A stretch of 64,000 nt of DNA from Candidatus Endobugula sp. (GCA_047619205.1 JBLHJR010000006.1:77-64076), one strand, 5' to 3'; counted from the stretch's first letter, positions 8,001 through 18,423 are shown. Numbers and translations are program-made. Notes: generated by a model not told the origin, from the sequence alone.

Positions 8001-10800
8001 GCTGCCAATCCTCTGCTGAGGCAGAAGAATGACGCCACTTAGCAATTAAAGGATCTATATCTAACAATAGATTCATGCCTTCGTGCATCAGCATTTCTAA
8101 AAAAGCAGGATCAACTTTTGGACCGGCATGTTCATCTTCGTGACGAATAAGGTGGCCAACCGAACGTTCACGTAATTCAGTAGCACGAGCCAAAAATAAT
8201 TCTAACTTGTCCATAGTTGGATACATTAGCCGAGATACTTGCTCCAAAGCATCTTCTGTGTAAGTCACACTATCTTTAAGTAACTGTAAAATATCATCAT
8301 CGATGTTGACTTGATAAGCACGTAGATCTTTAGCAAACAATTCCATTGGTTTCATCAATTCCGCAATGGGAATTATTTCTGCCATATAAGCACTACCTTT
8401 CAAGGTATGCATCGCACGTTGCATAGCATCCGTTGGCGGCTCAAAAAATGGGCTGCATGCCTCCATTTTTTGAATGTATTCTCTAATCACAGCCAGGTGA
8501 GTTTCAGCTTCAGAACCAAATATTTCCCATAACTGAACATCTATATCATCGTCAAGCATCTCCGCTGCGTCAACGACAAAACTTTCATTTAGCGCTTGCA
8601 AAAGATCTTCTGGCTTTTCACCTTTGGCCAACTGATGAGCCCAAAGCTGATATTGCTCACAAGTTTTAAGATTTGGAGTGGCCTGCTGCTGACTATAAGC
8701 TTCAACCATTGAAGGAAACAATAGCAGTATTTTTTTAATAAGATCAATTTGTATTTGATCAGGAACTAATGTTTTATCTAAAATACAGTTGAGCATATTT
8801 TCAACTGACCATGAAAGCTCACCGATATCTGCCGCCTTAACTAAACGACCACTGCCCTTAAGGGTATGAAAAGCACGCCTAATTTCGATTAACTCTTCTT
8901 CACCCTTAAGGTTTGACTCCCATCCAGGTAGGTATTCTGCAATAGTCTGCTGAACCTCACCCGCTTCCTCCGTAAAAATTTCAATAATTTCGGCAGTAGA
9001 CTCAGCATCAAAATCATCGCCAGCGTCTTTCGCAGAAGTATCGCTTTCTCGCGTAACCGCAGACAGCGGTTCATTACCGTCTAACTCCGCGACATCATTA
9101 TCCTGCTCGTCACCAAAAATTATTTTTTTAACTCTAGAAGGCGGAACACCCAAGCTCACTAAACCTTTTTCCGCACCTTTAAGAATGGCTATATCTTCTT
9201 CTTTGGTCAAGGAGAGCACTTCTAAAAAATAATCAATGCTAGCAATAACATCAGCAAGACTATCCAGCTGGTCCCACTTAGGTTTTTCTGGCTGATTAAT
9301 TAATTTTATTTCTATGTAACTAGCGCACACCGATAGGATTTCAGCTGGCGCCGTCAAAGACAGGGTCGATAAATTATTGCTTACGTCCCGCAATATTTGT
9401 GGCACTGGCTGCAAATTTTTAATATTCCACTGAGTGGCGATATAATTAACCACTGCATCCTTAGCTTCTTCCAAGCCATTCCGACTCTCCTGCAACGCTA
9501 CTTCTTGAGACTCATCAAATTCTCGGCTTGCGGAATCACTAGATGCTTGACTGTCAATAAGTGATATTTCCAGCTCATCCTCAACATCAGTAATACTATC
9601 TTCAATAGTAGAAAATATCTGCGCAGGAAATAACACCTCATTATTTTCTTTTAATTCCTCAATCCGAGAAATATTAATTAACATTTCTTGACGCAAATAA
9701 CCCACACCCAAAATAGCTAAGGTATCTGCCACTCGCTGAAATGCATCTTGCACAAAATCAAGATGGATTAAAAATTTCTGTTCAGCGTGACATTGGGCAA
9801 GCACATATTTAACAGCAACAAATTCTTCTAGTATTGCCTTGGCAACTGCCCGCATAGCAGAAGACTCGATGGGTTTAATACCGTCACTATCTTCAACAGA
9901 CTGGACAATAGGTGAAGCATGACCCAAGTCATAACATTCAAATATACGATCAATTTCTGGCGTATTACCTTGCAACGGTGACAAGTAGTATAACCAGTTC
10001 TTTAAAAATTCATCTTTTGTTTTTTCATCTAAAGCGCTCACGCCACCTTCAATCAACTGCTTTAATTCAGCATCTAATTGTCGCAACAATTTTTTTATCG
10101 ATGCATTCTCTGGAACAACTTTTTCTTGCAAACCAGTAACAAATGCCGCCACTATTTCCCATAAAGCAAAACGCTGTGTACCCTGAAGAATTTTTTGTAG
10201 GCGCCGACTAACTTTTAGCAAGTAAACTAAATTATCTTCGACGTTACTATTATGGATGATGCTTGCGGCTGAAAACTGGTACATTTCGCGTAACTTAGAT
10301 AGCATCAGGCGGAACTTAGGCTCATCTTGAACAATAGCATTACGCGCACCCGTAACAGTATGTGCATAATCAAGATCGGGAGAAAATAGCATAGACTCAC
10401 TTAAAAAATTAGCACCGCGAACAGCACGCAAATCGTTAAGCAATGAAAAAACTAACCCCGGCTGGTCACGCTTCGCCTTTAGTGCATGCTCAAGATAGCT
10501 TGATAGCTGCACAATCGCTTTCATCAGCACATCACTGGCCTCAGCTTTCTGAGGAACGGTATCATCAAGCAGGCCTTGCACTAGAGCCTCGACCTCTGAT
10601 GCAATCATAGCTGCACCATGAAAACCAGCCATATGCAAGCCACCATAAACTTGATGAACATAGGTCAGACAAAATTTTAACTGGATGATATCCGCGGATT
10701 CACGAACATAAGCGTCCAATGCTCGCTGGGCCTGCGAGAGAGTATCCTTGATATCTCTTATGACCCATTCGAGAGCCATATATTGGCGATTATCTGCCAT
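5077..10800 (-). CDS. chpA: Hybrid Hpt/CheA histidine kinase ChpA
   Basis: Several Hpt motifs (FHTLKGSG, MHTLKGSA, LHTFKGGA), HMLRNAVDHG, SGRGVGMDVV, CheW domain, C-terminal receiver (LLDIEMPRMDG). Confidence 0.95.
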   Translation of the reverse strand: MADNRQYMALEWVIRDIKDTLSQAQRALDAYVRESADIIQLKFCLTYVHQVYGGLHMAGFHGAAMIASEVEALVQGLLDDTVPQKAEASDVLMKAIVQLSSYLEHALKAKRDQPGLVFSLLNDLRAVRGANFLSESMLFSPDLDYAHTVTGARNAIVQDEPKFRLMLSKLREMYQFSAASIIHNSNVEDNLVYLLKVSRRLQKILQGTQRFALWEIVAAFVTGLQEKVVPENASIKKLLRQLDAELKQLIEGGVSALDEKTKDEFLKNWLYYLSPLQGNTPEIDRIFECYDLGHASPIVQSVEDSDGIKPIESSAMRAVAKAILEEFVAVKYVLAQCHAEQKFLIHLDFVQDAFQRVADTLAILGVGYLRQEMLINISRIEELKENNEVLFPAQIFSTIEDSITDVEDELEISLIDSQASSDSASREFDESQEVALQESRNGLEEAKDAVVNYIATQWNIKNLQPVPQILRDVSNNLSTLSLTAPAEILSVCASYIEIKLINQPEKPKWDQLDSLADVIASIDYFLEVLSLTKEEDIAILKGAEKGLVSLGVPPSRVKKIIFGDEQDNDVAELDGNEPLSAVTRESDTSAKDAGDDFDAESTAEIIEIFTEEAGEVQQTIAEYLPGWESNLKGEEELIEIRRAFHTLKGSGRLVKAADIGELSWSVENMLNCILDKTLVPDQIQIDLIKKILLLFPSMVEAYSQQQATPNLKTCEQYQLWAHQLAKGEKPEDLLQALNESFVVDAAEMLDDDIDVQLWEIFGSEAETHLAVIREYIQKMEACSPFFEPPTDAMQRAMHTLKGSAYMAEIIPIAELMKPMELFAKDLRAYQVNIDDDILQLLKDSVTYTEDALEQVSRLMYPTMDKLELFLARATELRERSVGHLIRHEDEHAGPKVDPAFLEMLMHEGMNLLLDIDPLIAKWRHSSASAEDWQPVAVELAKVQDGAERANLGSMIQLSNALYTQYQYLIEGQVQASDHLYDVLIDAHYSLLDIIDAIAGGQDLPDINEELLQQLNALSINKNEQENVIINVGSSDANIDTSKKYMSSFVGDSLYEEVDEEIVEIFMEEAAELIEDIDEIIHAWEDGEDAQSSNAGIQRVLHTFKGGARLAGLKILGDLAHDFESYLIGQSRGESSANVITVIHQYQDQLIQNVDALDTPASLPESITSNNVANDEVSNADETVAGIELETVASIDDDSIHTDFVAPRVTTVIDDEVVMPSNESPQYPKESESIQPNISHHDAVVETHVPSAELSANENTNIVSFSPNSVAPVNQTETRGNIELSPNANTARRPAPQETVKVSADLMEELVNLAGETSISRGRMEEQMSDMGSSLNEMDDTVGRLQEQLRRLDIETEAQVIFRQEQLSEREDFDPLEMDRYSQLQQLSRSLTESASDLQDLKFTLSNKARDAETVLLQQSRINTELQEGLMRSRMVPFSRIVPRLRRIVRQIATELGKDVNFEFTNPEGELDRNMMERIVAPLEHMLRNAVDHGIEDTTVREEKGKPSSGRISLSLGREGGNVLLYLTDDGAGMNIDRIREKAIERQLMNRDAELSDQEILQFIFHAGFSTAETVTQISGRGVGMDVVSSEIKQLGGSVEIQSEEGRGTQFIVRLPFTLSVNRALMITMGDDRYAIPLTAIAGIARVPADELAGYYSDPDSRFSYADNEYQLQYLGTLLDKSAPPKVEGHVLPVPVLLVRSTDHSVAIQVDSLQGSREIVVKTLGAQFSSVQGLSGATIMGDGHVVVILDVYAMIRQQYALSHSQTLLATDVPQQQASVRNPLIMVVDDSVTVRKVTTRFLEREGFDVITAKDGVDAIATLQDHSPDLMLLDIEMPRMDGFEVAKRVRSSSRTADLPIIMITSRTGEKHRQTGLAAGANEYMGKPFQEDQLLKNISQLLTITNGLTSV

Positions 10801-10844
10801 GCTATCTTCTCACTTGATTTCCATCAAAAAATGAACATACATTA

Positions 10845-11699
10845 TTACACGCCCTTAATGTATGCTTGAACTTCACCACTATCAGTTTTTTGCATTTTTG
10901 GGTGCTGCCAATCAGTAGTTTCGCCTAGACCAATAACTAATAGCCCGCCAGGCTTCAAGCGATTAACTAGCTGGTTTAATATTTCTCGGCGGCGCCAACG
11001 ACGAAAATAGATGAGTACATTTTGACAAAAAATCACATCCATCAATTGCATCGGCATAACATTTAAATTATTAATATTTGCCTGAGAAAAACATACGCGT
11101 TTCTTTAATCTTGGCAACACTTCAGACTGGTCATCTTCGTAGGGACGAAAATGATTTTTTCTTTCACTCGCAGTAAGAAAACACATACTACGTGGGCCAT
11201 AGACACCCCTCCGAGCAATAGACAGTGCTGGCAAGCTTACATCAACAGCCGTCACACCAAAATAAAAGTGCTCGTTTGACTCCCTTAAACATTCACTCGC
11301 CACCATGGCAAGCCCATAGGGTTCTTCTCCGGTTGAACAACCAACGCTCCATACATCGAAGCTATTTTGCAATGTTTTTTGTTTTATTTTATTTTTTAAA
11401 TATTGGCGCACAAAATCCAGCGAGGGGCGGTGACGAAAAAAGGTTGTTTCTTTAACAACTAGGCGATCAACCAACACCTGCCACTCTACCAGTCCGGCTT
11501 TATTATCCTGTTTAACTTGCTCGTAGTAGTCGTCATAACTAATAACGCCAAGCTCACGCATACGAATAGCAATTTGCGTTTGCAGCAACACTTTTTGTTG
11601 TGGTGCCAGCTGAATACCCGTACGTGACTCAAGTAGCTTTTCCCACAATAAAAATTTGCCTTCGGGTAGTACATCAAATTTCTTAAAAGACCAGGACAT
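10845..11699 (-). CDS. pilK: CheR-type methyltransferase PilK
   Basis: ETTFFRH, VWSVGCSTGEEPY, DVIFCQNVLIYF. Confidence 0.85.
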   Translation of the reverse strand: MSWSFKKFDVLPEGKFLLWEKLLESRTGIQLAPQQKVLLQTQIAIRMRELGVISYDDYYEQVKQDNKAGLVEWQVLVDRLVVKETTFFRHRPSLDFVRQYLKNKIKQKTLQNSFDVWSVGCSTGEEPYGLAMVASECLRESNEHFYFGVTAVDVSLPALSIARRGVYGPRSMCFLTASERKNHFRPYEDDQSEVLPRLKKRVCFSQANINNLNVMPMQLMDVIFCQNVLIYFRRWRRREILNQLVNRLKPGGLLVIGLGETTDWQHPKMQKTDSGEVQAYIKGV

Positions 11700-11700
11700 A

Positions 11701-14070
11701 TTAGCTTACAGAATCTTTTTCTTTTTCATCGATAAAGTCAAAGTCACTCAGATCAAAATCATCAGCCGACAAATCAACCCCTTCACTTTCAGCCAAACTT
11801 AGCATCTCCTCTGAAAAATCATATTCATCCTCACTTAGCGCTGCGCTAGCTCTTGGCATATTGCCCGGGCTCTCAAAATCATCCGTCTCAAAATTAAACT
11901 CTTCATTATTGTCAAACAAGCCCGCTAAGTCGTCGACAATATTGTCATCGACCACATCTAAACCTAAACTTGCATCTGGAGAATACTCATCCTGCACATC
12001 ATCCAGCGCCATATCATTAGCCGACAGCCATGCATCACTATCAATATCGTCAATATCGGTATCCAACTCATCAGGCAACGTAAAGCCCGCTACTGATTCA
12101 CGCAACTCAAGCGCCATATCCGCTAGATCACCAATGGCCTGCGCCGTCGCACCGGTACCCGCAGATGTTTGCGAAGTGATTTCTTGAATAACATTCATCG
12201 TATTAGAAATATGACCGGCTGAAGATGCCTGCTGACGTGCCGCGTTCGAAATATTCTGAATAAGTTCGGCCAAGTTTGCCGATACACCTTCAATCTCTTC
12301 CAGTGCGACACCCGCATCTTGCGCTAGCCTTGCACCGCCAACCACTTCTGATGTGGTTTGCTCCATTGATTTTACCGCTTCATTCGTATCCGTCTGAATC
12401 GTTTTCACCAATGACTCAATTTGCTTAGTCGCACCAGCAGAACGTTCCGCAAGACGCTGCACCTCATCCGCTACCACCGCAAAACCTCGACCCGCATCAC
12501 CCGCCATCGATGCCTGAATGGCAGCATTCAACGCGAGAATGTTAGTTTGATCCGCAATATCATTAATCAAACTTACGATATCACCAATTTCTTGAGATGA
12601 TTCACCAAGACGCTTAATACGCTTAGAAGTATCTTGAATTTGCTCACGAATAGTATCCATGCCATGAATCGTATTTTGCACCAGCTTTGCGCCGTTATTG
12701 GCAATCGACACCGACTTACTCGCAACCAATGCAGATTCAGCAGCGTTAGCCGATACCTGATCAATAGTTACCGCCATTTCATTAATTGCTGCAGAAGCAC
12801 CCGCAATTTCTTGCGCCTGGTGATCCGACGCTTCGGCAAGATGTAACGCCGTTTGCTGTGATTCCTGCGCAGCACCCGATACCTGTACCGCGGTTTTATT
12901 AATACGGGAAACCAATTGCCTCAATTGGTCAATGGTATAGTTAACCGAGTCCGCAATGGCGCCAGTAAAATCTTCCGATACCGTTGTCGTTACCGTCAAG
13001 TCACCATCGGCGAGATCCGCCAACTCATCCAGCAAACGCAGAATAGCAGCCTGCACGTTTTCATTTTCAGATTGCTCCAACTGAATAATTTCACGAGACG
13101 ATTGTTTCTGAGCGTATATAAAACCAACAACACTTAACATAAAACCAATTAGGGCAAATAATACCAATATTGGCTGATAAAAACGTTGTGACTCTAAAGT
13201 TTCAAGACCCAAGCTCATATCATCCAGTGCAAGCTGCAAGCCATCAAAACTAGCGCTTACCTTACTCTGCGCATCTCGAGCCAGCAATAACGCTTCTACG
13301 GCATTAATGATGTAGGTTTCTGCCTGATCAATACCTACAATTAAGCTTTGCACATTTTCTATATCTGCTCTAACCGCTTTATCTTTAATTGCGTTAATTT
13401 TTTTAGCCGCGTCTCCGCCCAACAATGCCTCATAATTATTTTCGTAACCAACCACATCACCCCTATAACGATCAAACGCTTGGCTACTGGTGCTTACCAC
13501 TCCAGCAAATTTTTTCATATTATTTGCCATTGATCTAAGTAAAATAGGCTGATCATTCAACATGCTGACCTGCTCTTTAGTACCGCCTTTTGATACCGTT
13601 CTTGCTACCGTACCTACAATGATTTTTTGTGACTCAGTGGCCGCCTCGTCTAGCTTAGTTGCTGTCGCATTAATCAAAGCAATCGCATATTCAATATCAC
13701 CGATAATTGCCGAGTTATTACGAATGCTGCGCCAGAAATTAATTGCAGACTCATACTCGTCAGCTAGCTGTTCTTTAGTAAAGCTATCCGCTTGCAACAA
13801 AAAATTGATGGTGTTATCCATTGTATCAACGGTTGCCACCAATGCATCAATCGCAGCAGGGTCACCCGTGACCGTTTTACGCGAGAAGAATAAAACATTT
13901 TTTGAAAGTGTCTGAAACTCACTAATTTTCTGGATATTTTCAGTGTCTCTCTTGGTGTTTTCCCATATCTTATAGCCCCAAAAAATCGACACCATCAATA
14001 ATATTAACGCACTAACCGCAAAAACTAGCAGCCAGTAACGCTCCGAAAAAATACCTTTATCATTTTTCAT
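11701..14070 (-). CDS. pilJ: Methyl-accepting chemotaxis protein PilJ with long acidic C-terminal tail
   Basis: Two TM segments, HAMP, QTNILALNAAIQASMAGDAGRGFAVVADEVQRLAERS hairpin. Confidence 0.9.
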   Translation of the reverse strand: MKNDKGIFSERYWLLVFAVSALILLMVSIFWGYKIWENTKRDTENIQKISEFQTLSKNVLFFSRKTVTGDPAAIDALVATVDTMDNTINFLLQADSFTKEQLADEYESAINFWRSIRNNSAIIGDIEYAIALINATATKLDEAATESQKIIVGTVARTVSKGGTKEQVSMLNDQPILLRSMANNMKKFAGVVSTSSQAFDRYRGDVVGYENNYEALLGGDAAKKINAIKDKAVRADIENVQSLIVGIDQAETYIINAVEALLLARDAQSKVSASFDGLQLALDDMSLGLETLESQRFYQPILVLFALIGFMLSVVGFIYAQKQSSREIIQLEQSENENVQAAILRLLDELADLADGDLTVTTTVSEDFTGAIADSVNYTIDQLRQLVSRINKTAVQVSGAAQESQQTALHLAEASDHQAQEIAGASAAINEMAVTIDQVSANAAESALVASKSVSIANNGAKLVQNTIHGMDTIREQIQDTSKRIKRLGESSQEIGDIVSLINDIADQTNILALNAAIQASMAGDAGRGFAVVADEVQRLAERSAGATKQIESLVKTIQTDTNEAVKSMEQTTSEVVGGARLAQDAGVALEEIEGVSANLAELIQNISNAARQQASSAGHISNTMNVIQEITSQTSAGTGATAQAIGDLADMALELRESVAGFTLPDELDTDIDDIDSDAWLSANDMALDDVQDEYSPDASLGLDVVDDNIVDDLAGLFDNNEEFNFETDDFESPGNMPRASAALSEDEYDFSEEMLSLAESEGVDLSADDFDLSDFDFIDEKEKDSVS

Positions 14071-14202
14071 TAATTAACTCCTAGCGAACACCTAATAAGA
14101 GGATAATTTCAGTTAACAAGACTGACACTAACTTTATACTTACGCTATTTTTACTTATAATTATGTATAATTTTAAGTAGCAACATTACTTCATCACTAC
14201 AA

Positions 14203-14748
14203 TTAGTTTACCGCAACATTTAAAAAACTCGCATCCTGAGACAACACCTGCGAAGAAAATACCATCCATCGCCGACCATCCTGCTCATAGTAACCATTAA
14301 CAAAGTCACCCAACCTTGATGGCAATGCCATATCCACTGTCGCCACTTTCGAACTCGCATCAAAATATTGCATACCGAACACACGATCAACCCACAAACC
14401 TGCATACACTGATGAGTTATCAAGCACCAACAAACGTTGCTTTTTTTTATGGCCCGACAAACTACCTGAATAAAAAGCCGCTAAATCGAATAGTGGCAAT
14501 AAACGTCCGCGGACATTGGACACACCTTTCACCCAATCATGCACACTAGGCAAACGCGTGTAAGGAGGGATTTCCAACATTTCCGCCAACTCTTGCATGG
14601 GGATAACAAAGTCGAAGCCGAGTACAGAAAAACCAATACCACTCCATTGCTCAACAGTATCGATTTGGGCAGGTAATTGTTGCGCATTAGATAGGCTCTT
14701 CTTAGCCAAAGCTTGCAACACACTGTATGCAGACACCTGTCCTGACAT
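14203..14748 (-). CDS. pilI: CheW-like protein PilI
   Basis: WVKGVSNVRGRLLPLFDL; ATG 14748 preceded by GAGGTG. Confidence 0.85.
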   Translation of the reverse strand: MSGQVSAYSVLQALAKKSLSNAQQLPAQIDTVEQWSGIGFSVLGFDFVIPMQELAEMLEIPPYTRLPSVHDWVKGVSNVRGRLLPLFDLAAFYSGSLSGHKKKQRLLVLDNSSVYAGLWVDRVFGMQYFDASSKVATVDMALPSRLGDFVNGYYEQDGRRWMVFSSQVLSQDASFLNVAVN

Positions 14749-14837
14749 TCTTTTCACCTCAATAGTCAGCTTGCTTTATGCTTATTATTGCAAGCCCTAA
14801 AAACCACATTAACCTAAAATACCCATGCTTCAACGCA

Positions 14838-15200
14838 TTACGATAAAGCTTCACCCATTGCGTTAAGCAACTGCATCTCCGTAATTGGCTTTACCAAATA
14901 AGCGCTAGCCCCCTGCCTCATACCCCACACCTTATCTGTTGCCTGATCTTTGGTGGATACAATAACTACGGGGACATTAGCCGTTTCTGGGTAACGACTC
15001 AACTGTCGAGTCGCCTGAAAACCATTTAAACCTGGCATAACCACATCCATCAATATCAAGTCTGGGGGGCTAGTCTTTGCCATTTTTAGGCCCTGCTCAC
15101 CCGTTTTAGCGACCTCCACACTGTACCCATTCTTTTCAAGAATCGTGGTCAGTTTGTACACCTCTGTAGGCGAATCATCAATTATTAATACACGCAGCAT
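14838..15200 (-). CDS. pilH: Response regulator PilH
   Basis: VLIIDDSPTE, LMDVVMPGLNGFQATRQL, DKVWGMRQGA; ATG 15200 preceded by GAGG. Confidence 0.95.
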   Translation of the reverse strand: MLRVLIIDDSPTEVYKLTTILEKNGYSVEVAKTGEQGLKMAKTSPPDLILMDVVMPGLNGFQATRQLSRYPETANVPVVIVSTKDQATDKVWGMRQGASAYLVKPITEMQLLNAMGEALS

Positions 15201-15246
15201 AAACTTCCTCAAACTTTTTCATAAAATTACAACATAGAGTTACATG

Positions 15247-15624
15247 CTAGGTATAGGTTTCTATAGCGCCTAGCAGTTCAGTTTTACTAAATGGCTTGGT
15301 CAAATATTGATCAGACCCGACTATCCGACCCTTAGCCTTGTCAAATAAGCCATCCTTACTTGATAACATAATGACCGGTGTTGACTTAAACTCACTATTA
15401 TTTTTAATTAATGCGCAGGTTTGATAGCCATCTAGACGCGGCATCATAATATCAACAAAGATAATGTTCGGTCGGCAGTCCGCTATTTTAGCTAAAGCGT
15501 CAAATCCATCTATTGCAGTGACAACCTCACACCCAGCCTTGGTTAGTAATGTTTCAGCAGTCCGACGTATGGTTTTGCTGTCATCAATAACCATAACCTT
15601 TAGGTTTTTCAAAGTCGTACTCAT
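15247..15624 (-). CDS. pilG: Response regulator PilG
   Basis: VMVIDDSKTIRRTAETLL, FVDIMMPRLDGYQTC, KDGLFDKAKGRIVG. Confidence 0.95.
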   Translation of the reverse strand: MSTTLKNLKVMVIDDSKTIRRTAETLLTKAGCEVVTAIDGFDALAKIADCRPNIIFVDIMMPRLDGYQTCALIKNNSEFKSTPVIMLSSKDGLFDKAKGRIVGSDQYLTKPFSKTELLGAIETYT

Positions 15625-15903
15625 ACAACCGTAATCCTCTGTAATCTATCACTGTAATTGTTATTTTTTTAAGCTATGTCGACTATTATCAGAGTTAAGA
15701 CAATGACCTTCAATTCAACAGGTTTCATTTTTAACACAGAAGCCATTATATATCCATAAAATGCCCCTATAAAATTAACATTTCTCGTTAACAAAACGAT
15801 GTATGTCTCTCTTAACACTGATAAAAATATTAAACTATTGTAGACTGCGGAGATAAACTTAAACAAGAATCACCACACAACTATAGCCAGAGTGAATATC
15901 ACT

Positions 15904-16860
15904 ATGACCATAAGTCTCGGTGTAGTAATGGACCCCATTACACACATTAACTTCCATAAAGACACCACCCTCTCACTACTGCTATCTGCAGCAGAAAAAG
16001 GCTGGGAACTTATTTATTTTGAGCCCAGTGGGCTGTTTTTAGATGACAATATTGCCAAGGGCTATGGCAAGCCGCTAAAGGTATTTGCTAATGAACAGAA
16101 ATGGTATGCCTTAGGTAGTGAGACCATTTACACCTTAGGCGAGATAGACAGCATTTTAATGCGTAAAGACCCGCCTTTTGATGTGCCTTTTTTACAATCT
16201 ACGTTTATTTTAGAAGCCGCACAAGAACAAGGCTGCCTAGTCGTCAACAATCCTCGCAGCCTACGCGACTGCAATGAGAAGCTCTTTGCCACTCAATTCC
16301 CCCAATGTTGCCCTCCGCTAACTGTCAGCCAAAATGCCGCTCACCTAAGGGCATTTCACGCCTCACACAAAGATGTTATTTTCAAGCCTTTAGATGGCAT
16401 GGGTGGCAGCGGTATATTTCGCTGCAAAAGTGATGACCCCAATATTGGCGTAATCTTAGAAATCCTGACCGGCCAAGGGGAAATGGTAATGGCGCAAAAG
16501 TTTATCCCTGACATTAAAAACGGTGACAAACGCATTTTAGTCGTTAACGGTATACCCGTGCCTTATTGCCTTGCCCGCATCCCTGCGCAAGGAGAAACTC
16601 GAGGTAACCTAGCCGCTGGAGGTAGCGGTCACCCCCAAGCGTTAACTGCAAGAGATTACTGGATTGTTGAGCAAGTCGCGCCCACACTGATTGAAAAAGG
16701 CTTATTTTTTGTAGGACTCGATGTCATCGGCGATTACCTGACAGAAATCAATGTCACTAGCCCAACCTGCGTACAAGAAATCGATCGTGCATACGACACT
16801 CGAATTGGAGAACGCTTAATGGATGCCATCGCTCAACAACTGAAAGCAAAAACTCAATAA
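15904..16860 (+). CDS. gshB: Glutathione synthetase
   Basis: VMDPI, MRKDPPFD, NEKL, KPLDGMGG, RGNLAAGG, TEINVTSPT; divergent from pilG; start uncertain (15892 or 15904). Confidence 0.95.
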   Translation: MTISLGVVMDPITHINFHKDTTLSLLLSAAEKGWELIYFEPSGLFLDDNIAKGYGKPLKVFANEQKWYALGSETIYTLGEIDSILMRKDPPFDVPFLQSTFILEAAQEQGCLVVNNPRSLRDCNEKLFATQFPQCCPPLTVSQNAAHLRAFHASHKDVIFKPLDGMGGSGIFRCKSDDPNIGVILEILTGQGEMVMAQKFIPDIKNGDKRILVVNGIPVPYCLARIPAQGETRGNLAAGGSGHPQALTARDYWIVEQVAPTLIEKGLFFVGLDVIGDYLTEINVTSPTCVQEIDRAYDTRIGERLMDAIAQQLKAKTQ

Positions 16861-17757
16861 ATGCTAAAAGATAGCGCTGATACCGTAACCGCTACAGCGA
16901 AAACCTCTAGCGCCGATCGCCTGAGTTTCACCCTATTCTTAGCATTAGCCGTTCATGGCTTATTAATTTTTGGGCTAACATTCAACAGCAGCAAACCCAG
17001 TGAACATGCACCCAGCGTCAGCGTCACCTTGGCCACACATGCTGCCAAGCAAGCGCCCGATGATGCTGACTTCCTTGCCCAAAACAATCAGCTAGGCAGT
17101 GGCAGCGAGCAAAAAGCGAAAGAAATTACTACAGACATCATTCCCCCTCCATTCGACAGTACCATCATTAACGACGCGCTCATCACCGAACAACATAAGC
17201 TAGCCGTGAGTAAACCTGACGACAAACGTATAATGACTAGCACTCAAGCCGAAAACACCATTAATAATGCGCAACAACCCGATGAGAAACAAGATATAGA
17301 GTCGGGTAAAGACGCTGTAGACGTGGAAGCCATTAGTTCTCAAATTGCCAGCTTAAGAGCCAAACTAGCAGTGCAACGGCAGCAATATGCAAAGATCCCG
17401 CGAGAGCGAGTACTTACTTCGGTTTCCACGCTTGCATCCAGTGAGGCCGCTTACCTCAATCAATGGACACAGAAAATTGAGGCCATTGGTAACCAAAACT
17501 TTCCAACCGAAGCATTACGTAAAAAATTAACCGGACAATTACGACTGGAAGTCATCATTTTACCTAATGGCAGTATTTTTGAAGTTAATTTAAAACAATC
17601 ATCAGGGCAAATATTATTTGATCATGCGGCACAACAAATCGTCCGTCAGGCCTCGCCTTTTCTGCCATTTCCGCCCGAAATACGTAAAGATTACGACCAC
17701 CTCGTCATTATTCGTACATGGCATTTCAATATTAGCGGCTTAACCACTTCGCAATAG
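16861..17757 (+). CDS. tonB3: Energy transducer TonB, TonB3-like
   Basis: N-terminal TM anchor, ADFLAQNNQLGSG, TonB C-terminal domain; gshB-tonB-yqgE synteny. Confidence 0.75.
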   Translation: MLKDSADTVTATAKTSSADRLSFTLFLALAVHGLLIFGLTFNSSKPSEHAPSVSVTLATHAAKQAPDDADFLAQNNQLGSGSEQKAKEITTDIIPPPFDSTIINDALITEQHKLAVSKPDDKRIMTSTQAENTINNAQQPDEKQDIESGKDAVDVEAISSQIASLRAKLAVQRQQYAKIPRERVLTSVSTLASSEAAYLNQWTQKIEAIGNQNFPTEALRKKLTGQLRLEVIILPNGSIFEVNLKQSSGQILFDHAAQQIVRQASPFLPFPPEIRKDYDHLVIIRTWHFNISGLTTSQ

Positions 17758-17843
17758 CCGCGACCAGTGGTCGCCAACGAGCGATTTAGTGCGCAAATAA
17801 CCACAAATCCTTTTTCCTACTCACCGTTTTGGAGTAGACTGGG

Positions 17844-18401
17844 ATGATGAATAATCACTCATTTAAAGACCACTTCTTAATCGCCATGCCTGGGCTGGCA
17901 GATCCCCGATTTTCTCAATCGGTAACTTATATCTGTGAGCACAATAAGCGGGGTGCCATGGGGATAATCATCAACCAGCCCGCCAACATCTCTTATAGCG
18001 AGCTATTCAATCAGTTACAACTAAACGATCAATATGATGACCACTCGTCTTTATTAATAGGCGGTCCAGTACAAAAAGAACGTGGATTTGTTTTACATAC
18101 CAGTGAAAAAAAATGGTCCTCGACTCTGGCTGTTTCAGAAAAAATCTCAATTACCGGGTCAAAAGACATACTCACTGATATCGCCAACCACAAAGGCCCC
18201 GACAGCGCCTTAATTGCACTAGGCTATGCAGGCTGGAATGCAGGTCAGTTAGAAGATGAGATCAAACAAAACAGCTGGCTTACGGTACCCGCAGAGGAAC
18301 AAATTATCTTCAATACACCAACAGAGAAGCGCTGGACCTACGCTGCCAAACAACTCGGTATCGACCTAAACTTATTGTCCCCTCAAGCCGGACACGCATA
18401 A
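17844..18401 (+). CDS. yqgE: YqgE/AlgH family protein
   Basis: FLIAMP, YICEHN, GGPV, GYAGW..GQLEDEI..NSW. Confidence 0.92.
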   Translation: MMNNHSFKDHFLIAMPGLADPRFSQSVTYICEHNKRGAMGIIINQPANISYSELFNQLQLNDQYDDHSSLLIGGPVQKERGFVLHTSEKKWSSTLAVSEKISITGSKDILTDIANHKGPDSALIALGYAGWNAGQLEDEIKQNSWLTVPAEEQIIFNTPTEKRWTYAAKQLGIDLNLLSPQAGHA

Positions 18402-18423
18402 ACATTCCCTTAATGATTCAGCT

